Of a stretch of 64,000 nucleotides of DNA, positions 19,840 through 29,562 are shown piece by piece. The first letter of the stretch is position 1. Every line of letters begins with the position of its first letter. The notes under the pieces were generated by a model. It ran no database searches and was not told where the DNA came from. It was given only the letters and a program-made list of their open reading frames with translations. The DNA is from Candidatus Faecousia faecavium (GTDB lineage Bacteria; Bacillota; Clostridia; Oscillospirales; Oscillospiraceae): positions 4,195 through 68,194 of the forward strand of contig DVGO01000062.1 in assembly GCA_018712645.1 (NCBI GenBank), read 5' to 3'. A program made the translations under genes and the position numbers.

Positions 19840-21105
19840 ATGAAATTACTGGTTGTAGGCGGCGGTGGCCGGGAACACGCCATCATCCGCTCCCTGAAGA
19901 AAAATCCCCAGGTGGAAACCATCTACGCCCTGCCCGGCAACGGCGGCATTGCCGCAGATGCCACCTGTGTCCCCATCGGCGCTACGGAGATTGACAAAAT
20001 CGTAGCCTTCGCCGTGGAAAACGCCATTGACTACGCAGTGGTGGCTCCCGACGATCCTCTGGTTCTGGGCTGTGTGGACGCCCTGGAAGAAAAGGGCATC
20101 CCCTGCTTCGGCCCCCGGGCCAACGCCGCCATCATCGAAGGCAGTAAGGTCTTTTCCAAGAATCTGATGCACAAATACGGCATCCCCACCGCCGAATATG
20201 CGGTGTTTGACCAGATGGATGAGGCCCTTTCCTACCTGGACACCGCCCCCATTCCCACCGTGGTCAAGGCTGACGGTCTGGCTCTGGGCAAAGGCGTTAT
20301 CATCGCCGAAACCCGGGAAGCTGCCAAAACCGCCGTTCGGGACATGATGGAAGCCGGCGTCTTCGGCAAGTCCGGCAGCCGGGTGGTCATTGAGGAGTTC
20401 CTCACCGGCCCGGAAGTGTCCGTACTGGCCTTTACCGACGGCAAGGTAGTCAAGCCCATGGTCTCCTCCATGGACCACAAGCGTGCCGGTGACAACGACA
20501 CCGGTCTGAACACCGGCGGCATGGGCACCGTGGCCCCCAACCCCTACTACACCCCCGAAATTGCCGAGCGGTGCATGAAGGAAATCTTCCTGCCCACCAT
20601 CGCCGCCATGAACGCCGAAGGCCGCACCTTCCGGGGCTGCCTGTATTTCGGTCTGATGCTGACCCCCAACGGCCCTAAGGTCATTGAGTACAACTGCCGT
20701 TTCGGCGATCCGGAAACCCAAGTGGTGCTGCCCCTGCTGGAAAGCGATCTGCTGACCATTATGCGTGCCTGCACCAACGGCACCTTGGCAGAAACCGAAG
20801 CTCACTTTGCCGATAAGCACGCCTGCTGCGTGATTCTGGCCTCCAAGGGCTATCCTCAGAGCTACCAGAAGGGATTCCCCATCACCATGACGGAGGAAGC
20901 TGCTCAGCACACCTACGTCGCCGGTGCCAAGCTGGAAAATGGTCAGCTTCTCACCTCCGGCGGTCGGGTCACCGGCACCACCGCCATTGCCGACACCCTG
21001 GAGCAGGCCATCCGGGAAGCCTACCGGATCAGCGACGGCGTCCGCTTTGAAAATGCCTACCGCAGAAGCGACATCGGACAGCGGGCATTGCAGGCTCTGA
21101 AGTAA
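19840..21105 (+). CDS. purD: GAR synthetase
   Basis: GGGGREHA, EGSK, KADGLALGKGV, NTGGMG, EYNCRFGDPE. Confidence 0.97.
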   Translation: MKLLVVGGGGREHAIIRSLKKNPQVETIYALPGNGGIAADATCVPIGATEIDKIVAFAVENAIDYAVVAPDDPLVLGCVDALEEKGIPCFGPRANAAIIEGSKVFSKNLMHKYGIPTAEYAVFDQMDEALSYLDTAPIPTVVKADGLALGKGVIIAETREAAKTAVRDMMEAGVFGKSGSRVVIEEFLTGPEVSVLAFTDGKVVKPMVSSMDHKRAGDNDTGLNTGGMGTVAPNPYYTPEIAERCMKEIFLPTIAAMNAEGRTFRGCLYFGLMLTPNGPKVIEYNCRFGDPETQVVLPLLESDLLTIMRACTNGTLAETEAHFADKHACCVILASKGYPQSYQKGFPITMTEEAAQHTYVAGAKLENGQLLTSGGRVTGTTAIADTLEQAIREAYRISDGVRFENAYRRSDIGQRALQALK

Positions 21106-21137
21106 GGAAACAATAGAGAAACTAGGAGGATTACCCC

Positions 21138-24100
21138 ATGGTTTATCGTGTATTTGTAGAAAAGAAGGAAGGCCTGGACAACGAAGCCCGGGGCCTGCTG
21201 AGCGAAGCCAAGAATCTTCTGGGCATGGCGAATCTGGAGCATGTGCGGCTGTTCAACCGCTATGACGCAGAAAACATCTCCCGGGAGCTGTTTGACTACG
21301 CCGTAAAGACCGTGTTCTCTGAGCCCCAGTTGGATACCGCCAGCGAAAGCGTATCCCTGCCCGGCGCGTATGTGTTTGCCGTGGAATCCCTGCCCGGTCA
21401 GTTCGACCAGCGGGCCGACTCCGCCGCCCAGTGTATCCAGATTATCTCCCAGGGCGAGCGTCCCCTGATCCGCACCGCCAAGGTCTACGCCCTGTACGGC
21501 AACCTCACGGAGGCGGAAATTGCGGAGTTCAAGAAGTACGTCATCAACCCCGTGGAGTGCCGGGAAGCATCCCTGGAAGTTCCCGAAACACTGGCCATCC
21601 AGTATGAAATCCCCACCCAGGTTGCCACCCTGGACGGCTTTACCAAGCTGGACCGGGAAGGTCTGGATGCTTTCATCCGTCAGTATGGCCTGGCCATGGA
21701 TCTGGATGACATTACCTTCTGCCAGTCCTACTTTGTCAGCGAGCACCGGGACCCCACCATCACGGAAATCCGGATGATCGACACCTACTGGTCTGACCAC
21801 TGCCGTCATACCACCTTCGGCACCATCATTGACAGCGTCCACTTTGAGGATGCCCTGCTGCAGAAGACCTACGAAACCTACCTGGAAACCCGCAACGCCC
21901 TGGGCCGCCATGCAAAGCCCATCTGCCTGATGGATCTGGCTACCGTGGCCGTGCGGCACCTGAAGGCCGCCGGAAAGCTCAATAAGCTGGACGAGAGTGA
22001 AGAAATCAACGCCTGCACCGTAAAGGTCAACGTCACCGTGGACGGCGTGGAAGAGCCCTGGCTGCTGCTGTTCAAGAACGAAACCCACAACCATCCCACG
22101 GAAATCGAGCCCTTCGGCGGCGCGGCCACCTGCATCGGCGGTGCCATCCGGGACCCCCTGTCTGGCAGAAGCTATGTCTACGGTGCCATGCGTGTCACCG
22201 GTGCTGCCGACCCCCTGAAGCCCGTTTCCGAAACCATCCCCGGCAAGCTGCCCCAGCGTAAGCTGGTCACCACCGCCGCTGCCGGTTACTCCTCCTACGG
22301 CAACCAGATCGGTCTGGCTACCGGCATTGTAGACGAAATCTACCATCCCGGCTACGCCGCTAAGCGCATGGAAATCGGCGCCGTGATTGCCGCCGCTCCT
22401 GCGGAGAATGTCCGCCGGGAACGTCCCGATCCCGGTGACGTGGTGATCCTGCTGGGCGGCAACACCGGCCGTGACGGCATCGGCGGTGCCACCGGTTCCT
22501 CCAAGGCCCACAACACCCAGTCCGTGGAAACCTGCGGCTCCGAGGTGCAGAAGGGCAACGCTCCGGAAGAGCGCAAGCTCCAGCGGCTGTTCCGCAACGC
22601 AGAGGCTTCCCGCCTCATCAAGCGCTGCAACGACTTCGGCGCCGGCGGTATCTCCGTTGCCATCGGCGAGCTGGCAGACGGTCTGGTCATCGACCTGAAC
22701 GCCGTACCCAAGAAGTACGAAGGTCTGGACGGCACGGAACTTGCCATCTCCGAATCCCAGGAGCGTATGGCCGTGGTGGTGGAAGCCAAGGACGTTGCCC
22801 GTTTCCTGGAACTGGCCCTGACTGAGAACCTGAACGCTGTGCCCGTGGCCACCGTTACCGAAGAGCCTCGTCTGGTGATGAACTGGAACGGCAAGACCAT
22901 CTGCGACATCAGCCGGGAGTTCCTGAACTCCAACGGCGCGGACAAGCACATCACCGCCTCCGCCGCAGCCCCCAAGAGCTATGACAAGGCCGTATCCGGC
23001 AGCTTTACCGAGAACTTCATGGCCGTTGCCTCCGACCTGAACACCTGCTCCAAGCGGGGTCTGTCCGAGCGCTTCGACTCCACCATCGGCGCCGGCACCG
23101 TGCTGATGCCCTTCGGCGGCAAGAATCAGCTGACGCCCATTCAGGCCATGGTGCAGAAAATCAGCGTGGAAAAGAAGCACACGGACGATTGCTCCTTCAT
23201 GGCCTTCGGCTACAACCCCTTCATCACCTCCGCTTCTCCCTACCATGGCGCTTACCTGGCAGTGGTGGAATCCGTGTGTAAGCTCATTGCCTCCGGCGCT
23301 TCCTTTGAAGATACCTACCTGACCTTCCAGGAGTACTTCGAGCGTCTGGGCAAGGACCCCAGCCGCTGGGGCAAGCCTCTGGCTGCTCTGCTGGGTGCCT
23401 TCCAGGCCCAGATGGATCTGGGCATCGCCGCCATCGGCGGCAAGGACTCCATGTCCGGCTCCTTCGAGAAGCTGGATGTGCCCCCCACCCTGGTCTCCTT
23501 CGCCGTGACCACCGGCAAGACCCAGGAAGTCGTTTCCCCCGAATTCAAGGCTGCGGGTCACAGCGTGTGCCTGCTGGAAACCGCCAAGGATGCAAACGGT
23601 CTGCCGGTAACGGAAGACCTGCTGAAGAATTTCGCCCTGGTGCATGAACTGCTGCAATCCGGCAAGGCCGTTGCCTGCTACACCCCCGGCATGGGCGGCG
23701 TGGCAGAGGCAGTTATGAAGATGGGCTTCGGCAACGGTCTGGGAATGGCCTTTGCTGAGGATGTGACCTTGGATACCCTCTTCGGCTACCGCTACGGCTG
23801 CTTCGTGCTGGAAATGGCAGAGGGCACCGTAGGCACGGTTCTGGGCACCGTTACCCAGGATGGCAGCTTCTCCTACCACGGAGAAGTTCTGAGCCAGGAA
23901 CAGGTGCTGAAGGCCTACGAGGACAAGCTGGAATCCGTCTACAGCTGCAACATCCCCACCCGGGAGCAGAAGATGGAGAACTTCTCCTACGTCGCTTCCC
24001 AGCGCAAGGCCCCGGCTGTGAAGGTTGCCAAGCCCAAGGTGCTGATTCCCGCCTTCCCCGGCACCAACTGCGAATACGACTCTGCCAAGGCTGTCCGGGA

Positions 24101-24827
24101 TGCAGGCGCCGAGCCGGAGATCATCGTCATCAACAACCTCTCCGCCGAGGGCATTACCCGCAGCGTAGAGCGCTTTGCCAAGGAACTGCAAGGTGCCCAG
24201 ATGGTATTCATCCCCGGCGGCTTCTCCGGCGGCGATGAGCCTGACGGCTCCGGTAAGTTCATCACCGCTTTCTTCCGCAACGCTGCCATCAAGGAAGGCG
24301 TCACCGACCTGCTGGAGAACCGGGACGGCCTGATGTGCGGTATCTGCAACGGCTTCCAGGCACTGATCAAGCTGGGTCTGGTTCCCTATGGCAAGATCAT
24401 CGACACCGACGAGACCTGCCCCACCCTGACCTTCAACAACATCAGCCGTCACCAGAGCCGGATTGTCCGCACCCGGGTGGCCTCCAACAAGTCCCCCTGG
24501 CTGGCCCTGACCAACGTAGGCGATGTATACAACGTGCCCATCTCCCACGGCGAAGGCAAGTTCCTGGCTTCCGAAGAGCTGATCCGCCAGATGGCAGCCA
24601 ACGGCCAGATTGCCACCCAGTATGTGGACCTGGAAGGCAACGCTACCGCTGATGTGCACTTCAACCCCAACGGCTCTCTGTACGCCATTGAAGGCATCAC
24701 CTCCCCCGACGGCCGTGTCTTCGGCAAGATGGGCCACAGCGAACGTATTGGCAAGGGACTGTACAAGAACGTCCCCGGCGAATACGACATCCGGATGTTT
24801 GAGGCCGCAGTGAAGTACTTCAAGTAA
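21138..24827 (+). CDS. purL: FGAM synthase, large single-chain form
   Basis: YWSDHCRH, ETHNHPT, DFGAGG, GGKDSMSG, and glutaminase PGTNC, GGFSGGD, GICNGFQ, SHGEG, MGHSER. Confidence 0.96.
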   Translation: MVYRVFVEKKEGLDNEARGLLSEAKNLLGMANLEHVRLFNRYDAENISRELFDYAVKTVFSEPQLDTASESVSLPGAYVFAVESLPGQFDQRADSAAQCIQIISQGERPLIRTAKVYALYGNLTEAEIAEFKKYVINPVECREASLEVPETLAIQYEIPTQVATLDGFTKLDREGLDAFIRQYGLAMDLDDITFCQSYFVSEHRDPTITEIRMIDTYWSDHCRHTTFGTIIDSVHFEDALLQKTYETYLETRNALGRHAKPICLMDLATVAVRHLKAAGKLNKLDESEEINACTVKVNVTVDGVEEPWLLLFKNETHNHPTEIEPFGGAATCIGGAIRDPLSGRSYVYGAMRVTGAADPLKPVSETIPGKLPQRKLVTTAAAGYSSYGNQIGLATGIVDEIYHPGYAAKRMEIGAVIAAAPAENVRRERPDPGDVVILLGGNTGRDGIGGATGSSKAHNTQSVETCGSEVQKGNAPEERKLQRLFRNAEASRLIKRCNDFGAGGISVAIGELADGLVIDLNAVPKKYEGLDGTELAISESQERMAVVVEAKDVARFLELALTENLNAVPVATVTEEPRLVMNWNGKTICDISREFLNSNGADKHITASAAAPKSYDKAVSGSFTENFMAVASDLNTCSKRGLSERFDSTIGAGTVLMPFGGKNQLTPIQAMVQKISVEKKHTDDCSFMAFGYNPFITSASPYHGAYLAVVESVCKLIASGASFEDTYLTFQEYFERLGKDPSRWGKPLAALLGAFQAQMDLGIAAIGGKDSMSGSFEKLDVPPTLVSFAVTTGKTQEVVSPEFKAAGHSVCLLETAKDANGLPVTEDLLKNFALVHELLQSGKAVACYTPGMGGVAEAVMKMGFGNGLGMAFAEDVTLDTLFGYRYGCFVLEMAEGTVGTVLGTVTQDGSFSYHGEVLSQEQVLKAYEDKLESVYSCNIPTREQKMENFSYVASQRKAPAVKVAKPKVLIPAFPGTNCEYDSAKAVRDAGAEPEIIVINNLSAEGITRSVERFAKELQGAQMVFIPGGFSGGDEPDGSGKFITAFFRNAAIKEGVTDLLENRDGLMCGICNGFQALIKLGLVPYGKIIDTDETCPTLTFNNISRHQSRIVRTRVASNKSPWLALTNVGDVYNVPISHGEGKFLASEELIRQMAANGQIATQYVDLEGNATADVHFNPNGSLYAIEGITSPDGRVFGKMGHSERIGKGLYKNVPGEYDIRMFEAAVKYFK

Positions 24828-24833
24828 GCAGCA

Positions 24834-24863
24834 AATCCCCGGGCAGAAATCTGTCCGGGGATT
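24834..24863 (+). terminator. Hairpin ending pur operon
   Basis: AATCCCCGGGCAGA-AA-TCTGTCCGGGGATT; weak U tract. Confidence 0.55.
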
Positions 24864-24891
24864 GTCACACAGAAATTGTGGGAGAGCCATC

Positions 24892-25230
24892 ATGGAATAT
24901 TTTGGTGTATTTGCTTTTGTCCTGGTTATGTGCTATTTTTCCCTTCCCGGTAAGGTGAAGAAACTGGAGGCAAAAGTAAAGCGATTGGAAAAACAAAGGA
25001 ACGGTGCATACGCTATGTCGAAACTGATGCAGCAGCTGATGGGAAGAACCTGTACTCTCATTTCGGAAAAGGGCCTGTCCATCGCCGGGAAGTGTGAATT
25101 CACCTGCGAAATCCTGGATTGCGATGAAGAATGGGTCAAAATCCGCCTGGACCAGAAAAAAGGCGGCAAAGTCGTGAAGATGATGCGTCTGGAGGACATT
25201 GAATCCGTAGAACTGGCAGACGAACAGTAA
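24892..25230 (+). CDS. Small hypothetical protein (N-terminal TM, coiled coil, Sm-like tail)
   Basis: GGAG RBS; TM segment, KVKKLEAKVKRLEK coil, ILDCDEEWVKI...RLEDIESVEL. Confidence 0.75.
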   Translation: MEYFGVFAFVLVMCYFSLPGKVKKLEAKVKRLEKQRNGAYAMSKLMQQLMGRTCTLISEKGLSIAGKCEFTCEILDCDEEWVKIRLDQKKGGKVVKMMRLEDIESVELADEQ

Positions 25231-25251
25231 ATAACCTTCTGGAAGCAACAC

Positions 25252-25284
25252 AAATCCCCCAGGCCGTTTGGCCTGGGGGACTTT
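25252..25284. terminator. Bidirectional terminator
   Basis: TCCCCCAGGCC-GTTT-GGCCTGGGGGA between convergent genes. Confidence 0.75.
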
Positions 25285-25287
25285 ATA

Positions 25288-26181
25288 TTACCGAACGTAC
25301 TCGATAATCACCCGGCGGTTGGGTTCAACGCCGGTGGAGTGTGTGGTGATGTTCTCCATATCCTGCAGTGCAGCGTGGATCACATGCCGCTCATAGGCAT
25401 TCATGGGCTCCAGGGTGGTGCGGCGGCGGGCCTTCAGCACCTGCTGGGCCTTCTTCCGGGCGTAGCGGCGCAGGCTTTCCTCCCGCTTTTCCCGGTAGCA
25501 CTCTGCATCCACGTTGATGCGGACGTGGCCGTCCAGATCCCGGTTGATGGTGTAGTTGGCCAGGTGCTGAATGGCATCCAGGGTATCGCCCCGGCGGCCG
25601 ATCAGGTAACCCAGGTCATCGCCTACCAGGTCAACCTTGTATGTATTGCCCTCTACCTTCCAGCAGTGGGGCACGGCCTTGGAATCCATATGCTCCAGCA
25701 GGCCCTTCAGGAACAGCTCAATCTTCTCCTCGGTGGAGCCGCTTTCCGCAGGGGCGTACACCTTGGGCTCGGCCTTCACCTTGGCGGGCTTGGGTTCCTT
25801 GGGGGTCTTGGGAGGCTTGGGTGCTTCCGGCTTCTTCTCGGCCTTGGGTTCATGCTTGGGCTTGTCTGCCTTGGGCTCCTGGGCAGCCGGTTCCGCCTTG
25901 GGAGCTTCCTTGGGCTGCTCCGGCTTCTTCACCGGTGCGGCAGCCTTGGGCTTGGAACGGGAAGCGGAACTCAGGGCAACCTTGGGAGCTTCCGGCACCG
26001 GGTTCGGAGCCTCGTAGCTGACCTGCACCTTGGCAGGCTGTGCACCGAAGCCCAGGAAGCCTGCCTTTGCCTGCTGCAGAACCGTAACAGACACACTGTC
26101 CCGATCCAGTCCCAGCTGGGTCAGGGCCGCCTCAATGGCCAGGTCGATGGTTTTGCCGGTGGTAACAATGGTCTTTTCCAT
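25288..26181 (-). CDS. jag: Jag/EloR (KhpB) RNA-binding protein
   Basis: Jag_N (GKTIDLAIEAAL, GFLGFG), P/K/E linker, KH (LIGRRGDTLDAIQ), R3H (ERHVIH). Confidence 0.95.
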   Translation of the reverse strand: MEKTIVTTGKTIDLAIEAALTQLGLDRDSVSVTVLQQAKAGFLGFGAQPAKVQVSYEAPNPVPEAPKVALSSASRSKPKAAAPVKKPEQPKEAPKAEPAAQEPKADKPKHEPKAEKKPEAPKPPKTPKEPKPAKVKAEPKVYAPAESGSTEEKIELFLKGLLEHMDSKAVPHCWKVEGNTYKVDLVGDDLGYLIGRRGDTLDAIQHLANYTINRDLDGHVRINVDAECYREKREESLRRYARKKAQQVLKARRRTTLEPMNAYERHVIHAALQDMENITTHSTGVEPNRRVIIEYVR

Positions 26182-26184
26182 AGC

Positions 26185-27429
26185 TTATTCCTCCGTAGGC
26201 TTTGCAGCGTAGCGGTTGGGATCATAGCTGCGGCCCTTGCAGTAAGGACGATCGGCAATTCCGGAGAGGGTGGTCTTTTCTTCCTCTTCCTCCAGGATGC
26301 CCTTTCTGGCAGCATATTCCTTGGCGGCAGCCGCCTTGGCAGCCTGCTCCTGGTCACGCTGCTGCTTCTGCAGCTTCTTTTTGCTGGTATTGGTGGTGAT
26401 GCCGTCGGGGTTGGCAGCCCGGCGCCCGGCACGGATGCGCTCCTTCTCAGCTTCCAGACGCTCCTCTTCCAGAGCCTTCTGCAGCCGCACAGCGTCCTCG
26501 GCATCGTAGATCTTGCGGTAGTGGTTGGTCATGATGGGGTCGGAGATCATACGCACCACGCCGCCGACGAACCAGTACAGGGACAGTCCGGCAGAGACAG
26601 TGAAGCCGATCCACAAGCTCATCAGGGGCATCATCCACATCATGGCCTGCATGGACTGGTTCTGCTGGGAATTCTTGGCAGTTTCTGCGTCCTGGATGCC
26701 CTTTTCGTTGGTGATGACGGAGTTGTTGGTCTTCTGAGCGATCCACATCTGGGCCACCTGAGACAAGCAGGACACCACAGGGATCAGGAAGGCACCAATG
26801 TGGGCCCAGTCCCAAGCCCAGGAAGCGGAGAAGATATTAAACTGGGGAATCGCGCCCAGGTTAATGCCCAGGAAATTGAAGTTGATACCTGCCAGAGTCG
26901 CTTCGCTGATGGCAGGGATGGCAGCCTTCAGTTCTTCCGTAAACTGGGGGATGGCCTGGGCGGCAATCACCTGATCATAGTAGCTGTTGCCGGAGAAGAT
27001 CCCGGGGGCATTATCCTTGATAACCGCCACAATCTGCTGAGCCACATCGGCAGACTCCATCAGAATGTAGGTAATGGGTTCCCGGATAACCGCGAACAGA
27101 GGCCACAGAATCAGCAGGGGGATGAAACTCCACAGACAGCCGCCGCCCATGGAAGCGCCCTCGTCCCGGTACAGCTTCTGAATCAGCTCATTCTGCTTCT
27201 GGGGGTCGCCGGCGTAGCGGGCCTGAATCTCCTGAACCCGGGGGGTCAGGCGGGACATCTTCATCATGCTCTTCTTGCCCTTGGCGTTGATGGGCATGAG
27301 GATCAGCTGAACCAGGATGGCAAACAGGATCATCGCCACACCGTAGTTGCCGGTGAAGTGGTACAGCAGGTTCAGCAGGTAGCCGAAGGGCACGGTGACA
27401 ATGTCGGATAACTGGAATGCAAGAAACAT
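26185..27429 (-). CDS. yidC: Membrane protein insertase YidC/Oxa1
   Basis: GNYGVAMILF, GGCLW, SAGLSLYW; conserved position next to jag. Confidence 0.92.
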   Translation of the reverse strand: MFLAFQLSDIVTVPFGYLLNLLYHFTGNYGVAMILFAILVQLILMPINAKGKKSMMKMSRLTPRVQEIQARYAGDPQKQNELIQKLYRDEGASMGGGCLWSFIPLLILWPLFAVIREPITYILMESADVAQQIVAVIKDNAPGIFSGNSYYDQVIAAQAIPQFTEELKAAIPAISEATLAGINFNFLGINLGAIPQFNIFSASWAWDWAHIGAFLIPVVSCLSQVAQMWIAQKTNNSVITNEKGIQDAETAKNSQQNQSMQAMMWMMPLMSLWIGFTVSAGLSLYWFVGGVVRMISDPIMTNHYRKIYDAEDAVRLQKALEEERLEAEKERIRAGRRAANPDGITTNTSKKKLQKQQRDQEQAAKAAAAKEYAARKGILEEEEEKTTLSGIADRPYCKGRSYDPNRYAAKPTEE

Positions 27430-27456
27430 TGACTTTCCTCCTCAAAATTATGGAAG

Positions 27457-27672
27457 TCAGGGTACGGGGTCATAGACATCTCCCTTGTAAAAGGGATGAC
27501 AGCGCAGAAAGCGGCGCAAGGCAAGCCAGCCGCCTTTCAAGGCCCCGTACTTTTGGATTGCTTCGGCAGCGTAAGCGCTGCAGGTGGGCCGAAACCGGCA
27601 TCGGGCCGGCAGTCCCGGGGAAATATAGCGCTGATAAAACCGAATCAGAAACAGCAGAAAATTTTTAACCAT
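27457..27672 (-). CDS. yidD: Membrane protein insertion efficiency factor
   Basis: [26 protein letters not shown]. Confidence 0.95.
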   Translation of the reverse strand: MVKNFLLFLIRFYQRYISPGLPARCRFRPTCSAYAAEAIQKYGALKGGWLALRRFLRCHPFYKGDVYDPVP

Positions 27673-27680
27673 AGGACCGC

Positions 27681-28028
27681 TTACGCCTCCAACGGCGCTT
27701 TCAGAATACCGGCCTTTTTTGCCAGAGCCAGATAGCTTCTGGTCAGGCGCTGAAAGTCTGCATCCACAGCCTTGCTCCGGGCAACCACCACAATGTCCCA
27801 GCCTGGCTGGAACTGCTCCTCATGGAGCCGGTAAATCTCCCGCAGACGACGGCGGGTGCGGTTGCGCACATGGGCCTTGCCCAGCTTCTTGCTGACGGTA
27901 ATGCCCACCCGGTTGCCTTCGGTGCGGTTTTTCCTGGCATAGAGCACCAGGTATCCGTCAGCAAAACCGGAGGTATGGTACAGCCGGCGAAAAATGTGGT
28001 TGAGTTTTAATGCACTGGAATACTTCAT
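27681..28028 (-). CDS. rnpA: RNase P protein component
   Basis: [25 protein letters not shown] (RNR motif); GAGAGG RBS before ATG 28028. Confidence 0.95.
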   Translation of the reverse strand: MKYSSALKLNHIFRRLYHTSGFADGYLVLYARKNRTEGNRVGITVSKKLGKAHVRNRTRRRLREIYRLHEEQFQPGWDIVVVARSKAVDADFQRLTRSYLALAKKAGILKAPLEA

Positions 28029-28055
28029 AACCTCTCTCCAACCCCATTGCGTCCT

Positions 28056-28101
28056 AAAAAGGGAGCGGGGCGAATGCTTCATTCACCCCGCTGTAGCTCC
28101 C
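28056..28101 (-). terminator. Terminator between rpmH and rnpA
   Basis: Minus strand GCGGGGTGAAT-GAAGC-ATTCGCCCCGC-TCCC-TTTTT. Confidence 0.75.
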
Positions 28102-28149
28102 GTTTCGCTCATTGGCGCTTATTTTCCTTGACCCACATCGTTAAGCGCA

Positions 28150-28284
28150 TCAGGCGGACAGAACCTTGCGGCCCTTGGCACGGCGGCGGGCCAAAACCTT
28201 ACGGCCGTTGGCGGTAGCCATTCTCTGGCGGAAACCGTGAACCTTGGAACGATGACGACGGCTGGGCTGATAGGTACGCTTCAT
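28150..28284 (-). CDS. rpmH: 50S ribosomal protein L34 (below ORF-track length cutoff)
   Basis: Hand translation [44 protein letters not shown]; AGGAGG RBS. Confidence 0.98.
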   Translation of the reverse strand: MKRTYQPSRRHRSKVHGFRQRMATANGRKVLARRRAKGRKVLSA

Positions 28285-28377
28285 AATCGGATACACCTCC
28301 TGTCAAAAATCAATATGCTCGACAGCCAAAAGGCCGCAGCAACACATAGGTAATGACGATAACAGTCATGCTTGACC

Positions 28378-28406
28378 ATTATAACCGAAAAATGCAGTTT
28401 GGTCAA
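28378..28406 (-). promoter_or_regulatory. Sigma-A promoter of rpmH
   Basis: Minus strand TTGACC-17 bp-TATAAT. Confidence 0.8.
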
Positions 28407-28449
28407 TCTTTTTTTCGCAATTTTATGGCTTTGGGAAAGACTTTGGAAT

Positions 28450-29562
28450 CTATCCGGAAATTTGCAGGTTCGGCCCCTGGAAGGTTCCGTCCAGTTTGGA
28501 TATCACCCGGTCATAATCTTTGCTGCCCGGGTCGTAGGGGGTAGGCTGGTAATTGTTCCGGTCGGATACAGAGCTGACGCTGGCAGGCACCAGGGTACGC
28601 TGTCCCAGGCAGATACTTCCGTCAGTCTGGCGGATTACTTCCTGCTGAATCAGGGCCGTGTCAAAATCCTGGGGATATCCGTTGCCCCCGAAGCTGAAAT
28701 TGCCCAGGGAGTAGAAAATCACCCCATCGCCGTATTCCTCCACCGGCTGCAAAACATGAGGATGAGACCCCCACACAATATCCGCCCCGGCATCAATGGC
28801 CGCATGGCCCACGTCAATCTGCTCCTGGGTGGGGCGGTAGCTTCCTTCGGTGCCCCAATGGGGAGCCACGATCACCAGTTCGGCGCCCTGATCCCGCAGG
28901 GCCTGAATCTCCTGGGTCATATCCTGTACATCCAGCAGGTAGTAGACCATACCGTACAGTCCCACCTTCAGGCCGCCCTCCAGGGTCAGCAGCACGGAGC
29001 TGTCCCGCTGGACATAGGGAATCCCAGCTTCCTCCAAAACCGCCAGGGTGGAATCGTAGCCGGTCTGCCCATAGTCAAAGGCGTGGTTGTTGGCTACGGT
29101 CACTGCCTGGATGCTGTTTTCCGTCAGGATGCTGACATACTCCGTCGGGCCCCGGAAGGTGTGCTTTTTCTGAACCGGATAGCCTTCGTCGCACAGCGGG
29201 CCTTCCAGATTCAGGAAGGTGCCGTCATCGGAGTTGACATAATCTGCTACATTCCGGAAGGGATACCCATAATCTTGACCCACGGTTTTGGTAAAGCCGT
29301 ATTCGGCGTAGGCGTTGACCTGGTTGGTGCCGAAGGTGCAGTCCCCCACAAAGGTCAGCAGGAAGCTCTCCGGCTGGGGCTCTGTGGTAGCCGGCTGGGT
29401 GGTTTCCGGAACCGGCTGGGTAGTGGGGGCGGTTTGCTCCGTCTGCACAGCCTGGGTGGTGGGAGTAGTGGCAGCAGGAATCCGCTGCCGCCAACCACAG
29501 CCGGAGACCAAGGTCAGTGCCAGGCACAGCCCGGCAGCGGCCAATTTCTTCCAATCAGCCAT
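28450..29562 (-). CDS. CapA/PGA_cap metallophosphatase-like lipoprotein
   Basis: Lipobox VSG-C, T/Q/P linker, TFVGD, NLEGP, ANNHAFDYG, HWGTE, GSHPHVLQ, YSLGNF; alternative GTG start 29574. Confidence 0.9.
   Translation of the reverse strand: MADWKKLAAAGLCLALTLVSGCGWRQRIPAATTPTTQAVQTEQTAPTTQPVPETTQPATTEPQPESFLLTFVGDCTFGTNQVNAYAEYGFTKTVGQDYGYPFRNVADYVNSDDGTFLNLEGPLCDEGYPVQKKHTFRGPTEYVSILTENSIQAVTVANNHAFDYGQTGYDSTLAVLEEAGIPYVQRDSSVLLTLEGGLKVGLYGMVYYLLDVQDMTQEIQALRDQGAELVIVAPHWGTEGSYRPTQEQIDVGHAAIDAGADIVWGSHPHVLQPVEEYGDGVIFYSLGNFSFGGNGYPQDFDTALIQQEVIRQTDGSICLGQRTLVPASVSSVSDRNNYQPTPYDPGSKDYDRVISKLDGTFQGPNLQISG

Noticed and set aside
21057-24893. Very long antisense ORFs (1278 aa here; also 2324-4306, 25339-27411, 29315-31417, 32564-34546, 34826-38413, 51450-54119)
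   Set aside because: They mirror well-supported genes on the opposite strand; strong codon bias in a GC-rich genome removes antisense stops; no RBS or recognisable motifs.
25760-26000. Repeated CTTGGG units as a DNA tandem repeat
   Set aside because: They encode the Pro-Lys-rich linker of Jag; protein low complexity only.
28450-29562. Poly-gamma-glutamate capsule locus
   Set aside because: capB/capC are absent; lone CapA-domain lipoproteins are widespread.
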